Positions 1 through 9,891 of a stretch of DNA of 64,000 nt are shown here, one piece after another. The notes beneath the pieces are model-generated. The model was not told the origin of the DNA, ran no database searches, and was given only the letters and a program-made list of their open reading frames with translations. Source of the stretch: a bacterium (GTDB lineage: Bacteria > Pseudomonadota > Gammaproteobacteria > GCA-002705445 > GCA-002716945); contig JAPOHH010000002.1 of NCBI GenBank assembly GCA_029979505.1, forward strand, positions 118 through 64,117, read 5' to 3'. How positions within the stretch are numbered: position 1 is the stretch's first letter; the number at the start of each line of letters is the position of its first letter. The translations under genes were made by a program, and so were the position numbers.

Positions 1-240
1 GTTATTAGCATAGAGCGGGAAACTGATGCCTAAATATATTCTGTCTATAGATTCTTTCTGAAAAGGGAAATATAAAGAGGGAAGCTCTGTGTCATTATCA
101 AAATTTATTGAATCTAGAGTGTAACTTTTAATGTCTTTGCTGGGCTTCACAGCGCCATGTTTGTCTCTTGTGTCCGATGCATAATAGTCTATGTCATCCT
201 CAATATATTTGCTTGATTTATGGAATATTATATCTGTCAT
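1..240 (-). CDS. Hypothetical protein, N-terminal 80 aa (runs off window start)
   Basis: Manual translation from ATG at 240: MTDIIFHKSSKYIEDDIDYYASDTRDKHGAVKPSK...LGISFPLYANN, open to position 1; not in ORF track. Confidence 0.6.
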   Translation of the reverse strand, partial: MTDIIFHKSSKYIEDDIDYYASDTRDKHGAVKPSKDIKSYTLDSINFDNDTELPSLYFPFQKESIDRIYLGISFPLYANN

Positions 241-251
241 ATATCTGATAT
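234..251 (+). promoter_or_regulatory. Pho box upstream of phoR
   Basis: CTGTCAT-ATAT-CTGATAT versus consensus CTGTCAT-N4-CTGTCAY. Confidence 0.65.
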
Positions 252-311
252 TATGGTTGTAGATTTTATCATGAACTCTATACTTTCAACAGTAATAATA
301 AGTTGCACTTT

Positions 312-1535
312 ATGAGTAGTATTATAGCTTTTGCATTTATAGTAACTCTTCTCGTTACACTGTCTAGTGGCGCTCCAATATATATTTTATTAGTATCATT
401 ATTTTTTTACTATTTAATTTATTATTTGACATCAAAAAAAGTAAAGGAAAATAAAAAACTTGTTATAAAATTAAACAATAGTAAACAAGAAAACGACATT
501 TTTTTCTCTGAAAAAAATAATAGTATTTTTACCCAAAATAAATTTCCAATGCTCATAGTAAACAAATCGTTTACTATCGAATCTTCGAACATGGCTTTTA
601 ATTCATTTATTGGAAAAGATGCGAAAGGAATGAATCTATCATTATGTTTAAGATCAAATGAATTAAATGATGCATTGAGTAACACTTTCGTTAATCAAAG
701 GATAGGAGATATAAATTTTATTATTTATGATCAGGTCCATAAATATATTCAATCACAGGTATTTCCTATAAAAATTAAAAATGAAACTTATGCACTCATA
801 ATATTAATTGACGAAACATCGGAAAAAGTTTCTCAAAAAGTAAAATCAGATTTTGTTTCAAACGTAAGTCATGAGCTTAAAACTCCACTTACAGCAATAA
901 TCGGATTTATTGAAACAATAAACGGACCAGCAAAAGACGACAGTATAAAAAAAGAAAAATTCCTAAAAATTATTCAATCTGAAGCAGAGAGGATGCAAAG
1001 ACTTGTAAATGATACGCTTTCGTTAACTCGTGTGGAAGAGTCACAATACCAAACACCTAATGAAAAAGTAGACCTATGGTTATGTGCCAGTTCAGCTATA
1101 GATTCTGTAAGGTCTTTAGCAGATAAAAAAAGGATAAAAATTTCTTTTAATGAGGAGTATAAAGCTGGTGTTTTATATGTGAGGGGAAATCAGGATCAAA
1201 TCACTGAAATTTTTGAAAATTTATTGGATAATGCTATCACTTACAGTAGCGAAGACACTAGAATCAAAATAATGTTTTTTAATAAAGAAAAAACTATTAA
1301 GTTTAAAGTTTTAGACCAAGGCTGTGGAATACAAAAAGATGATATTGTGAGGGTTTCAGAGAGATTCTTTAGGTCTAAAACAGCAAACAAATATAAAAAA
1401 AATAGCTCTGGTCTAGGTCTTTCTATAGTAAAGCATATAGTGAAAAGGCATGCTGGTAATTTATATATAGATAGTGAGGAAGGAGTCGGGTCTACTTTTT
1501 CGATAGATCTGCCTAAGTTTGGGATTAATTCATAA
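312..1535 (+). CDS. phoR: Phosphate regulon sensor histidine kinase
   Basis: DFVSNVSHELKTPL H-box, NLLDNA N-box, DQGCGI and SGLGLSIVKH G-boxes; directly upstream of pstS; ATG 312 preferred over TTG 303. Confidence 0.9.
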   Translation: MSSIIAFAFIVTLLVTLSSGAPIYILLVSLFFYYLIYYLTSKKVKENKKLVIKLNNSKQENDIFFSEKNNSIFTQNKFPMLIVNKSFTIESSNMAFNSFIGKDAKGMNLSLCLRSNELNDALSNTFVNQRIGDINFIIYDQVHKYIQSQVFPIKIKNETYALIILIDETSEKVSQKVKSDFVSNVSHELKTPLTAIIGFIETINGPAKDDSIKKEKFLKIIQSEAERMQRLVNDTLSLTRVEESQYQTPNEKVDLWLCASSAIDSVRSLADKKRIKISFNEEYKAGVLYVRGNQDQITEIFENLLDNAITYSSEDTRIKIMFFNKEKTIKFKVLDQGCGIQKDDIVRVSERFFRSKTANKYKKNSSGLGLSIVKHIVKRHAGNLYIDSEEGVGSTFSIDLPKFGINS

Positions 1536-1566
1536 ATCTGTAACAAATGTTTAATTTCAGCTTCAT
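1527..1566 (+). promoter_or_regulatory. Tandem Pho boxes upstream of pstS
   Basis: Four heptamers at 11-bp period: AATTCAT-aaat-CTGTAAC-aaat-GTTTAAT-ttca-GCTTCAT. Confidence 0.65.
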
Positions 1567-1612
1567 GCATAGCTAGTGTAATTGCATTACTAAAATAATA
1601 AATGGAGACAGT

Positions 1613-2653
1613 ATGAAATATCTTTCAATAGTATTAACTCTCTTAGTTGCATTTGGCCTGTCGAATGCAGACGCTAGGGATTCAATAAAAATTGTTGGTT
1701 CTTCTACAGTATACCCTTTTGCTACCGTAGTAGCTGAGGAGTTTGGAAGAGCTGATAATGGTTTTAAAGCGCCTATAATTGAATCAACAGGATCAGGTGG
1801 CGGTCTCAAGCTCTTTTGTGCAGGAAAAGGTCCAGGAACACCTGATGTTACTAATGCATCAAGAAGAATAAAGTCAAAAGAAGTAAAGCTATGTGCTAAA
1901 AATGGCATTACAGACATAACTGAGATGAAAATTGGTTTCGATGGTATTGTAGTAGCTAATGCTAAAAATGGAGCTACATTAAGTCTTACAAGAAAAGATT
2001 TATATTTAGCCCTTGCTGCTGAAGTTCCCTGCGGTATACAAGATGGTGTAACGTGTACTAATGAATACAAAACATGGAATCAAGTTAGATCAGATCTACC
2101 TAATATGCCTATAGTTGTTTATGGCCCTCCACCTACATCAGGGACAAGAGATGCTTTTGCTGAAATTGCTCTAAGTGGCGGATGCAATGAAATACCATGG
2201 ATAAAAAAGCTAAAGAAAAAAGATAAAAAGGCTTGGAAAAAACTTTGCCGTACAGTTCGTGAAGACGGTCCATATATTGAGGCTGGTGAAAATGATAATC
2301 TAATTATTCAAAAATTAACTGCCAATAAAGACTCATTTGGAATATTTGGATTTAGTTTCTTAGATCAAAATAAAGACAAAGTAAAAGGATCTGTGATTGA
2401 TGGCGTAGCCCCAACATTTGATGCTATTGCTTCAGGTGATTATAAAGTATCACGTTCTCTGTATTTTTACGTGAAAAATGATCATGTTGGCGTTATACCT
2501 GGAGTTCAAGAGTATATGGAGTTTTTCATGAGTGATGATGCTATCGGTTCCGATGGTTATCTCCTAGATAAGGGTTTAATTCCTCTGCCTGAAAGCTCTA
2601 GAGCTAAGTATCAAGCTGATGCAAAATCACTAAGCAAACTAGTCCTTAATTAA
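1613..2653 (+). CDS. pstS: Phosphate ABC transporter substrate-binding protein
   Basis: Signal peptide, IVGSSTVYPF, ESTGSGGG, GPPPTSGTRDAF motifs; pst context. Confidence 0.95.
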   Translation: MKYLSIVLTLLVAFGLSNADARDSIKIVGSSTVYPFATVVAEEFGRADNGFKAPIIESTGSGGGLKLFCAGKGPGTPDVTNASRRIKSKEVKLCAKNGITDITEMKIGFDGIVVANAKNGATLSLTRKDLYLALAAEVPCGIQDGVTCTNEYKTWNQVRSDLPNMPIVVYGPPPTSGTRDAFAEIALSGGCNEIPWIKKLKKKDKKAWKKLCRTVREDGPYIEAGENDNLIIQKLTANKDSFGIFGFSFLDQNKDKVKGSVIDGVAPTFDAIASGDYKVSRSLYFYVKNDHVGVIPGVQEYMEFFMSDDAIGSDGYLLDKGLIPLPESSRAKYQADAKSLSKLVLN

Positions 2654-2669
2654 TTAATTTATAAATTAG

Positions 2670-2703
2670 TAAGTATCGCCCGGTTATAATCTGGCGATAC
2701 TTA
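2670..2703 (+). terminator. Stem-loop after pstS (partial terminator or mRNA stabiliser)
   Basis: TAAGTATCGCC / GGCGATACTTA perfect 11-bp inverted repeat, weak U tail. Confidence 0.6.
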
Positions 2704-2712
2704 TTCAGATTG

Positions 2713-3354
2713 ATGAAGAAGATAATATCAGAATTTCTGGGAATGATGACGCTTACTATGTGTGTAGTTGGAAGTGGCATTATGGCAGAAAATATAAGCC
2801 AGGGATTTGAAGGAATTACACTATTAATCAACTCAATTTCGACTTCAGCTATTTTAATAGTCATTATTCTAACATTCAGACAAATTTCAGGTGCACACTT
2901 TAATCCAGCAGTATCCCTAAGCTTTTACATCCAAAATAAATTAGAACTATTAGATTTTTTTAGATATGTGGCTGCTCATATTACAGGCGGGATAGTAGGA
3001 ATAATATTCATACATATAATGTTCGACATGAATATTTTTGAGTTTAGCTCAAAATATAGAGATGGATTGAATATCATATTTTCAGAGATAGTTACTTCAT
3101 TTTTATTAGTTTTTATTATTTGCATGTCTCAACAAAAAGATGATATGACAGTCGCTTTACTCGTCGGCTTATACATAGGTGCTGGCTACTTTTTTTCCTC
3201 GTCCACCTCTTTTGCAAACCCGGCAATAACAGTAGCGCGAATATTCACTGATTCATATACAGGTATACATATATCAAATATAGCAGGCTTTATATCTGCT
3301 CAGCTTATTGGTTCATATTTAGCAACAATAACTTATAAATACCTCAAAAGTTAG
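2713..3354 (+). CDS. MIP-family channel, AqpS-like aquaglyceroporin (probable arsenite exit channel)
   Basis: Two NPA boxes (SGAHFNPAVS, SSTSFANPAITVAR), VVGSGIMAE motif, six hydrophobic segments. Confidence 0.85.
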   Translation: MKKIISEFLGMMTLTMCVVGSGIMAENISQGFEGITLLINSISTSAILIVIILTFRQISGAHFNPAVSLSFYIQNKLELLDFFRYVAAHITGGIVGIIFIHIMFDMNIFEFSSKYRDGLNIIFSEIVTSFLLVFIICMSQQKDDMTVALLVGLYIGAGYFFSSSTSFANPAITVARIFTDSYTGIHISNIAGFISAQLIGSYLATITYKYLKS

Positions 3355-3358
3355 TACT

Positions 3359-3376
3359 ATTTAACATAACTGTAAC
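3359..3376 (+). promoter_or_regulatory. Pho box upstream of pstC
   Basis: ATTTAAC-ATAA-CTGTAAC; same CTGTAAC half-site as at pstS. Confidence 0.55.
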
Positions 3377-3408
3377 ATTCGAGACTTATCATTAATCAAC
3401 TAAATAAT

Positions 3409-4776
3409 ATGACAGTATTCCTACTAATTTTAATTTCAAGCCTAGCGGTTTATGGATTCATTTTAAATAAAAGCAAAGCTAGTGTTATGTCAGACACAAA
3501 CATAATGCACTCCCAACCTCATTATCATGGTTTATATTCTGCATTTATTACCTTAGTTCCGGCAATTTTACTCCTATTTTTTTGGTCATTCATTGTGAAT
3601 ATGATTACAAACATAACCTTGAAAGATTTTTTTTCTGATATTACCGATACAGGTTTAATAAAATTCTACACAGATGGTGTCATAGGATACGCAGAAGGCG
3701 CGACAGATAAAATAATAAATCATGCCGGTTTTATGCCGGCTGTAGAACACTATCAAGCATTACAACACAATAATAAAATTTTACAATTCATTGTAATCTC
3801 AACTTTAAGTTTGATGCTCTTTAGATATTCCTTAAAATTTGTTGAAGTTGAATTTAAAGCTAGAGATTATATAGAGAGAGTAATAGTGATTGTTATGCGA
3901 GCATCAGCAGTCTTTGCTATATTCGTGACTATTGGCATTGTTTTGTCTTTATTATTTGAGACTCTTAGGTTTTTTGATTCTGTAAATGTATTCGATTTTT
4001 TGTTTGGATTACACTGGAGCCCTCAGATGGCTATAAGAGCAGACCAAGTTGGATCCTCAGGTAGTTTTGGTGCTGTACCAGTTTTTACTGGGACACTGCT
4101 TATAGCATTTATAGCGATGACAGTTGCCACACCTATCGGTATGTTTTCAGCGATATATTTATCACAATATGCCTCAGAAAATATAAGAAGTTATGCAAAA
4201 CCTATTATTGAGATACTTGCCGGCATACCTACAGTTGTATACGGTTTTTTTGCAGTAATAACAGTTGCTCCGTTTTTTAGAGATATGGGTGCATTTTTCT
4301 CTTTTACAAATATGAGCTCTGAGAGCGCGCTAATTGCTGGTTCTGTTTTGGGTATAATGATAATACCATTTGTTGCCTCACTAACAGATGATGCATTAAC
4401 TGCTGTTCCGCGCTCTTTAAAAGAAGGCTCACTTGCTATGGGAGCAACATTATCAGAAACAACTAAAAAGGTAATCATACCAGCATCATTTCATGGAATT
4501 GTAGGAAGCTTCTTATTGGCGGTCTCGCGTGCGATAGGAGAAACTATGATTGTCGTAATGGCTGCAGGCTTTGCTGCTAATCTTACTTTTAACCCATTTG
4601 ACAGTGTAAGCACAGTTACAGTTCAGATAGTTGGCCTACTAACTGGCGATCAGGAGTTCGATAGTCCAAAAACATTATCTGCTTTTGCATTAGCTTTTGT
4701 ATTATTTTTCATCACATTAGTTTTGAATGTTATATCACTAACAATTGTAAAAAAATATAGAGAAGAGTATGAATAA
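3409..4776 (+). CDS. pstC: Phosphate ABC transporter permease
   Basis: EILAGIPTVVYGFF, SRAIGETMIV; long N-terminal extension. Confidence 0.95.
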   Translation: MTVFLLILISSLAVYGFILNKSKASVMSDTNIMHSQPHYHGLYSAFITLVPAILLLFFWSFIVNMITNITLKDFFSDITDTGLIKFYTDGVIGYAEGATDKIINHAGFMPAVEHYQALQHNNKILQFIVISTLSLMLFRYSLKFVEVEFKARDYIERVIVIVMRASAVFAIFVTIGIVLSLLFETLRFFDSVNVFDFLFGLHWSPQMAIRADQVGSSGSFGAVPVFTGTLLIAFIAMTVATPIGMFSAIYLSQYASENIRSYAKPIIEILAGIPTVVYGFFAVITVAPFFRDMGAFFSFTNMSSESALIAGSVLGIMIIPFVASLTDDALTAVPRSLKEGSLAMGATLSETTKKVIIPASFHGIVGSFLLAVSRAIGETMIVVMAAGFAANLTFNPFDSVSTVTVQIVGLLTGDQEFDSPKTLSAFALAFVLFFITLVLNVISLTIVKKYREEYE

Positions 4777-5986
4777 TATTAGCGCAAGAAACAAATCAGA
4801 AAAAAGATTCCAAATGTATGGCAAGACAGCTGTCTTGATTGCAATAGGTTTTCTAGTGATACTATTATTTAATATATTTTCTACAGGCATAAGCGCCTTC
4901 AAACAAACTTACATTGCTGTGAATTTGGAAATACCTGCTGATTTTGACAAAAAAAATATTAATCCTAGAACTGAGTTAAATAAACATTTTTTAAAAATGT
5001 TTCCTGAAGCTACAACAAGAACAGAAAGGAGGGCGCTGCTATCACTTCTTAGTAAAGGAGCAAGATATGAATTTAGTGAACTTATTAATCAAAATAAAGA
5101 AAGAAGCATTCAAGGATATCATTGGTTTTTAGCATCAGCAGATTTAGACATGTATATTAAGGGCACCGTCAAAAGACAAGGCGATACAGCAGGTAGGATA
5201 GATGAGAACCAAATGTTTTTTATTGACAAACTACTATCAAAAAATTTAATTGAGCTTCAAGCAAATAAGTATTTACTATCCTCCGCAGATAGTAGAGAGC
5301 CGGAAATGGCCGGCATTAGAGGTGCCATTATTGGTTCATTGTATTCAATTCTAATAGCTTTTCTAGTTTCATTTCCTATAGCAGTTATGGCTGCAGTCTA
5401 TCTTGAAAAGATAGCATCAAAAAATAAATTCTCTGACTTAATTGAGACAAATATAAATAACTTGGCTGCAGTTCCATCGATAGTATTTGGCCTGTTAGGA
5501 CTTGCAATATTTTTAAACTTCTTTGAATTACCTAGGTCGGCTCCCTTAGTTGGAGGTCTTACTCTTGCTTTAATGACATTACCCACAATAGTTATTGCTT
5601 CAAGAGCAGCTATCAAATCGGTACCTCCATCAATTGAAGAGGCCGCAATAGGATTGGGAGCTAGTAAAGTTCAGACAATATTTGGTTTTACACTTCCTCT
5701 AGCTATGCCTGGTATCTTGACTGGTACGATTATAGGTATAGCACAAGCTATTGGCGAGACTGCACCATTACTTATGATAGGAATGGTTGCGTTTGTGGTC
5801 GATGTCCCCGGTAGCCCTTTAGATGCGTCAACTGCTCTACCTGTACAAATATATCTATGGGCAGACAGTCCAGAACGAGCATTTACAGAACGCACTTCAG
5901 CTGCAATTATGGTACTGCTTGGCTTTTTGATATTGCTTAACTTAACAGCAATTTACTTAAGAAAAAAACTAGAAAAAAAATGGTAA
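4769..5986 (+). CDS. pstA: Phosphate ABC transporter permease
   Basis: NINNLAAVPSIVFGLLG, AIGETAPLL. Confidence 0.95.
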   Translation: MNNISARNKSEKRFQMYGKTAVLIAIGFLVILLFNIFSTGISAFKQTYIAVNLEIPADFDKKNINPRTELNKHFLKMFPEATTRTERRALLSLLSKGARYEFSELINQNKERSIQGYHWFLASADLDMYIKGTVKRQGDTAGRIDENQMFFIDKLLSKNLIELQANKYLLSSADSREPEMAGIRGAIIGSLYSILIAFLVSFPIAVMAAVYLEKIASKNKFSDLIETNINNLAAVPSIVFGLLGLAIFLNFFELPRSAPLVGGLTLALMTLPTIVIASRAAIKSVPPSIEEAAIGLGASKVQTIFGFTLPLAMPGILTGTIIGIAQAIGETAPLLMIGMVAFVVDVPGSPLDASTALPVQIYLWADSPERAFTERTSAAIMVLLGFLILLNLTAIYLRKKLEKKW

Positions 5987-5992
5987 TAAAAT

Positions 5993-6757
5993 ATGACTGA
6001 AAATCTAAAAGTATCTATAAGAAATCTAAATGTTTTCTATGGAAAAAAACAAGCATTGTTTGATGTATCTCTAAATATAATGGAAAAAGAGGTCACATCA
6101 TTAATTGGGCCATCAGGCTGTGGAAAGTCAACGTTACTAAAATGCATTAATAGAATGAATGATCTGGTAGAGATATGCAATATAAACGGTCAAATTTTAC
6201 TAGATTCTGTTGATATAAACGAAGTATCTCAAGACCCTGTACTATTAAGAATGAAAGTAGGTATGGTTTTTCAAAAACCTAACCCATTTCCAAAATCAAT
6301 ATATGATAATGTGGCTTTTGGACCTAGACTGCATGGCATGACAAAATCAAAAGAAGATTTAGATAATATTGTTATTCAAAGTTTATCTAAATCTGGATTA
6401 TATGAAGAAGTTAAGGATAGATTATATGAACCAGGGACAGGATTGTCTGGCGGTCAACAACAAAGATTGTGCATTGCGCGCGCATTAGCTGTAAACCCAC
6501 AAATTCTTCTAATGGATGAACCTTGTTCTGCATTAGATCCAATAGCGACTGCAAAAATTGAAGATTTAATAGCAGAGCTAAAACAGCAATATACAATTGT
6601 GATAGTTACACATTCTATGCAACAGGCAGCAAGAGTATCTGATAGGACAGCATATATGCATATGGGTGAATTAATTGAAACCGGTATGACTAAAACGATT
6701 TTTTCAAATCCACAACACGAAAAAACTCAAGACTACATTACAGGGAGGATTGGATAA
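5993..6757 (+). CDS. pstB: Phosphate ABC transporter ATP-binding protein
   Basis: [43 protein letters not shown]. Confidence 0.97.
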   Translation: MTENLKVSIRNLNVFYGKKQALFDVSLNIMEKEVTSLIGPSGCGKSTLLKCINRMNDLVEICNINGQILLDSVDINEVSQDPVLLRMKVGMVFQKPNPFPKSIYDNVAFGPRLHGMTKSKEDLDNIVIQSLSKSGLYEEVKDRLYEPGTGLSGGQQQRLCIARALAVNPQILLMDEPCSALDPIATAKIEDLIAELKQQYTIVIVTHSMQQAARVSDRTAYMHMGELIETGMTKTIFSNPQHEKTQDYITGRIG

Positions 6758-6788
6758 TATTATTTATAAATAATATACAATAAAAATT

Positions 6789-7514
6789 ATGACTGATTAT
6801 AGAGAGCATATCGTAAAATCTTTTGATGAGGAGATTACCAATATAATACATCTTACAACTAAGATGGCTACTTTAGTAGAGGAACAGTACAAGCTTTTAT
6901 ATCATGTGGTAGATACGGGATCACCTTCTACTACTGAAGATATTTTAGAAAATGAACCCAAGCTAGATAACTATGACGCGGAAATCAGAGATGCAGTAAT
7001 TACACTTATTACACTAAGGTCTCCTGTAGCAGTTGATTTACGCGATATTCTTACTTCTCTGAGAATATCAACGGATTTAGAGAGACTTGGTGATTATGCT
7101 AAAAATATAGCCATGAGAGTCGCCACTCTCGAAGAGATTCCAGAAACTAATATAAAAAATGATATTTTAAGATTAGTCACTCTTGTGCAAGTCCAACTAA
7201 AAAAAGTCATAGATGCCTATGTGTCAAAAGATATTGGCAAGGCAAGGGAAGTTATTCAAAATGATATTGAAATAGATAATAACTACAATGTTATTTATGA
7301 AAAAATTGTTGATTTAATAAAAGGTAAAGTATCAAAACTTAGACTTCTCACATATACTAAATTGCTATTTGCTATCAAGACACTTGAAAGGGCTGGAGAC
7401 CACATAGGTAACGTAGCAGAAGAAATTCACTTCATTGTTACTGGCGAGCACATAGACTTAAAAGATAATAAGGAAGGAAACTTAGAAGAAGCATTAGAAG
7501 ATTCAAACAAATGA
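6789..7514 (+). CDS. phoU: Phosphate signalling protein
   Basis: PVAVDLR, DLERLGDYAKNIA, LERAGDHIGNVAE repeats. Confidence 0.95.
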   Translation: MTDYREHIVKSFDEEITNIIHLTTKMATLVEEQYKLLYHVVDTGSPSTTEDILENEPKLDNYDAEIRDAVITLITLRSPVAVDLRDILTSLRISTDLERLGDYAKNIAMRVATLEEIPETNIKNDILRLVTLVQVQLKKVIDAYVSKDIGKAREVIQNDIEIDNNYNVIYEKIVDLIKGKVSKLRLLTYTKLLFAIKTLERAGDHIGNVAEEIHFIVTGEHIDLKDNKEGNLEEALEDSNK

Positions 7515-8197
7515 CCACTATTTTTTCTATAGAGGATGAAGAGGCTCTCGTATCTCTAATTGAGTATAACGTTACATCCGCAGGTTTTAAATTCGCACAT
7601 TCATCCACAGGTTATGAGGGAATGTTAAGTATTCAAAAATCTAAACCTGATCTAATTTTACTTGATTGGATGCTACCAGATACATCAGGGATAGAAGTAT
7701 GTAAATTTATCAGAGCACACAAAGAGCTAAAATCTACTCCTATTATTATGCTAACAGCAAAAGGAGAGGAGCAGGATCTTATTTCTGGTTTTGATATGGG
7801 TTGTGATGATTACATAACTAAACCTTTTAGCCCCGCTGAGTTAATCGCAAGAATTAAAGCGCTCTTAAGAAGAAGTAATGATAAAGAGGATAAAATGGTA
7901 CTGGTGTATGGAAATATTAAAATGGATACAGGAACTCATCGTGTTTATTGTTGTGATGAAGAGGCTAAACTTGGACCAAGAGAATATAGAATACTGGAAT
8001 TCCTCATGCGACATCCTGGAAGAGTTTACTCTCGTCAACAGATATTAGACTCTGTTTGGGGAACAAACGTCTATGTCACTGATAGAACTATCGACGTACA
8101 CATAAGAAGATTAAGAAAAGCATTGAGCAAAACTGAGGAATGTAAAGTAATCAGGACAATTAGGTCTTCTGGGTATTCATTAGATTCTAACGTATGA
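7511..8197 (+). CDS. phoB: Phosphate regulon response regulator
   Basis: LLDWMLP receiver, DDYITKPFSP, DRTIDVHIRRLRK winged helix. Confidence 0.93.
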   Translation: MTTIFSIEDEEALVSLIEYNVTSAGFKFAHSSTGYEGMLSIQKSKPDLILLDWMLPDTSGIEVCKFIRAHKELKSTPIIMLTAKGEEQDLISGFDMGCDDYITKPFSPAELIARIKALLRRSNDKEDKMVLVYGNIKMDTGTHRVYCCDEEAKLGPREYRILEFLMRHPGRVYSRQQILDSVWGTNVYVTDRTIDVHIRRLRKALSKTEECKVIRTIRSSGYSLDSNV

Positions 8198-8212
8198 AAA
8201 TTTATTAATTAA

Positions 8213-8647
8213 GTGATTAAAGAAAAACCCATTAGTGTGCTTTTTATATGTACCGGAAATTCAGCAAGATCCATCATGGGAGAACTTGCTGCTAATACAC
8301 TTACTGAAGGTAAGTTTATCGGATACTCAGCGGGCTCTAATCCTGCTGGAAAAATAAATAACGCAGCTCTTAAAATTGCCGAAGAAATATTATATCCAAA
8401 GGCTAGGTTAGCATCTGAAAGCATAGAGCTTTACTCAAATAACAATTTCTTTTTTGATTTTGCAATTACTGTGTGTGATCAGGCTAGGGAAACTTGTCCA
8501 GTATTTCATAATTCCTTAAATACTTTTCATTGGACTTATGAAGATCCAGCATTAATTACAGATTTTGAAATTCGTAAACAGAAATTATTCTCGATATACC
8601 ATGATATAGGATCTAAATTGAATTTACTCTTCAAGCAAGAAATGTAA
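8213..8647 (+). CDS. arsC: Arsenate reductase, LMW-PTP fold, thioredoxin-coupled type
   Basis: CTGNSARS P-loop, SAGSNP, ITVCDQARETCP resolving Cys pair, HWxxxDP. Confidence 0.88.
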   Translation: MIKEKPISVLFICTGNSARSIMGELAANTLTEGKFIGYSAGSNPAGKINNAALKIAEEILYPKARLASESIELYSNNNFFFDFAITVCDQARETCPVFHNSLNTFHWTYEDPALITDFEIRKQKLFSIYHDIGSKLNLLFKQEM

Positions 8648-8650
8648 TTT

Positions 8651-8727
8651 TTTTCATAAAACTGAAACATTACAAAAACAAATATTTCATGTAACTTTAT
8701 CAAAAGCGTGTAGTTTCACTTTGTAAC
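8651..8727 (+). promoter_or_regulatory. Pho-box-like array upstream of porin 1
   Basis: TTTTCAT-aaaa-CTGAAAC-atta-CAAAAAC-aaat-ATTTCAT at 11-bp period, plus TTGTAAC at 8721. Confidence 0.55.
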
Positions 8728-8787
8728 ATAACCTTGTTCTTAATAAATAATTTTGAACATCTAAACGTTATTAAACAAAGAGGAAAT

Positions 8788-9891
8788 ATGAAACTATTAT
8801 ATAAATATCTTGTTCTTGCTTTAGTAGCAGTTCCTTTAGTTGGTTTTACAGGCGGATATGTTACAAATTCTGTCATTAAACCAAACGAAGCTGTGGCTGC
8901 ACAAGGTAAAAAAGGATCTAGTGCAAAGGTTTATGGACGCCTTTGGACTCAGTACAGTAATGAAAAAACATCGGGCGGAAATGCACAAACTGCAATTATG
9001 GATGACGAGGGTATGGCCCGAGTTGGTGTTAAAGGAAAATCTTCAATAGGTAACGGCTATGCAGTTAACTATAAAGTTGAATGGGCAATCGATCTTGGTG
9101 ATGGTGATGCCTCTGGCTTAAAAGAAAGTAGCAACGAAAAGTCTAATGCATTTACCTTAAAACAAGGCTGGCTTGGGTTACTTACTCCTATGGGTCAGTT
9201 CAAGTTTGGGTCAATGGAATCGCCATACAAATTTATGGCAAAACATGACATCTTGCATGACACACTTGCTCAAATGAGAGATACCAATGGTATATCTGCA
9301 GGTGAAATGTCTCACTCTGGTTATTGGAGAGGTTCAGTTTACTATGAATTAAAAATGGGTGATCTTAAATTTGCTGCAATTAAGGGTGTAACTGATCATG
9401 ATGGCGATACTTTCGAACACAACGGAGGTGACAAAGGAGATTATGGTTACGGTATTGAATACAAAAACTTCTTAATCAAAGGTTTTGAAGTTGTCTACGC
9501 ATATAACCATGATCAAGGAGCTGATGAAGCTAATAAAAAATACACACTTACATACAATACAAAACTTGGTGACAAGCAGAAAGTAAAGGTATGGTACATG
9601 CATGAAGATGTTGAACTTGATACAAGCATGTTCAAGACAACAGGTAATGGTGAAGTCGATTGGTATGGGATCACATATTCAACAGGACCTATGAAATTAA
9701 TGTATACAATATCTGATTCAGAGCATGACACAATTGCAAATGCTGGCGGCGATGCTTACAGCTTAGGCATGCAATATAAGTTATCTAAAACAAGTAGATT
9801 CTATGCTGGTTATTCAGATTATGATGGTGAGTCAGCTGCAGGAGATGCTGATTATCGAACATATATTTTTGGATTAAGACATGACTTCTAA
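8788..9891 (+). CDS. Gram-negative porin 1 (probably phosphate-starvation induced)
   Basis: RBS AGAGGA before ATG 8788; VYGRL, RVGVKG, YKLSKTS, terminal GLRHDF. Confidence 0.85.
   Translation: MKLLYKYLVLALVAVPLVGFTGGYVTNSVIKPNEAVAAQGKKGSSAKVYGRLWTQYSNEKTSGGNAQTAIMDDEGMARVGVKGKSSIGNGYAVNYKVEWAIDLGDGDASGLKESSNEKSNAFTLKQGWLGLLTPMGQFKFGSMESPYKFMAKHDILHDTLAQMRDTNGISAGEMSHSGYWRGSVYYELKMGDLKFAAIKGVTDHDGDTFEHNGGDKGDYGYGIEYKNFLIKGFEVVYAYNHDQGADEANKKYTLTYNTKLGDKQKVKVWYMHEDVELDTSMFKTTGNGEVDWYGITYSTGPMKLMYTISDSEHDTIANAGGDAYSLGMQYKLSKTSRFYAGYSDYDGESAAGDADYRTYIFGLRHDF

Noticed and set aside
6757..6776. Perfect 20-bp palindrome ATATTATTTATAAATAATAT between pstB and phoU
   Set aside because: All A/T in an AT-rich genome and matches no operator I recognise
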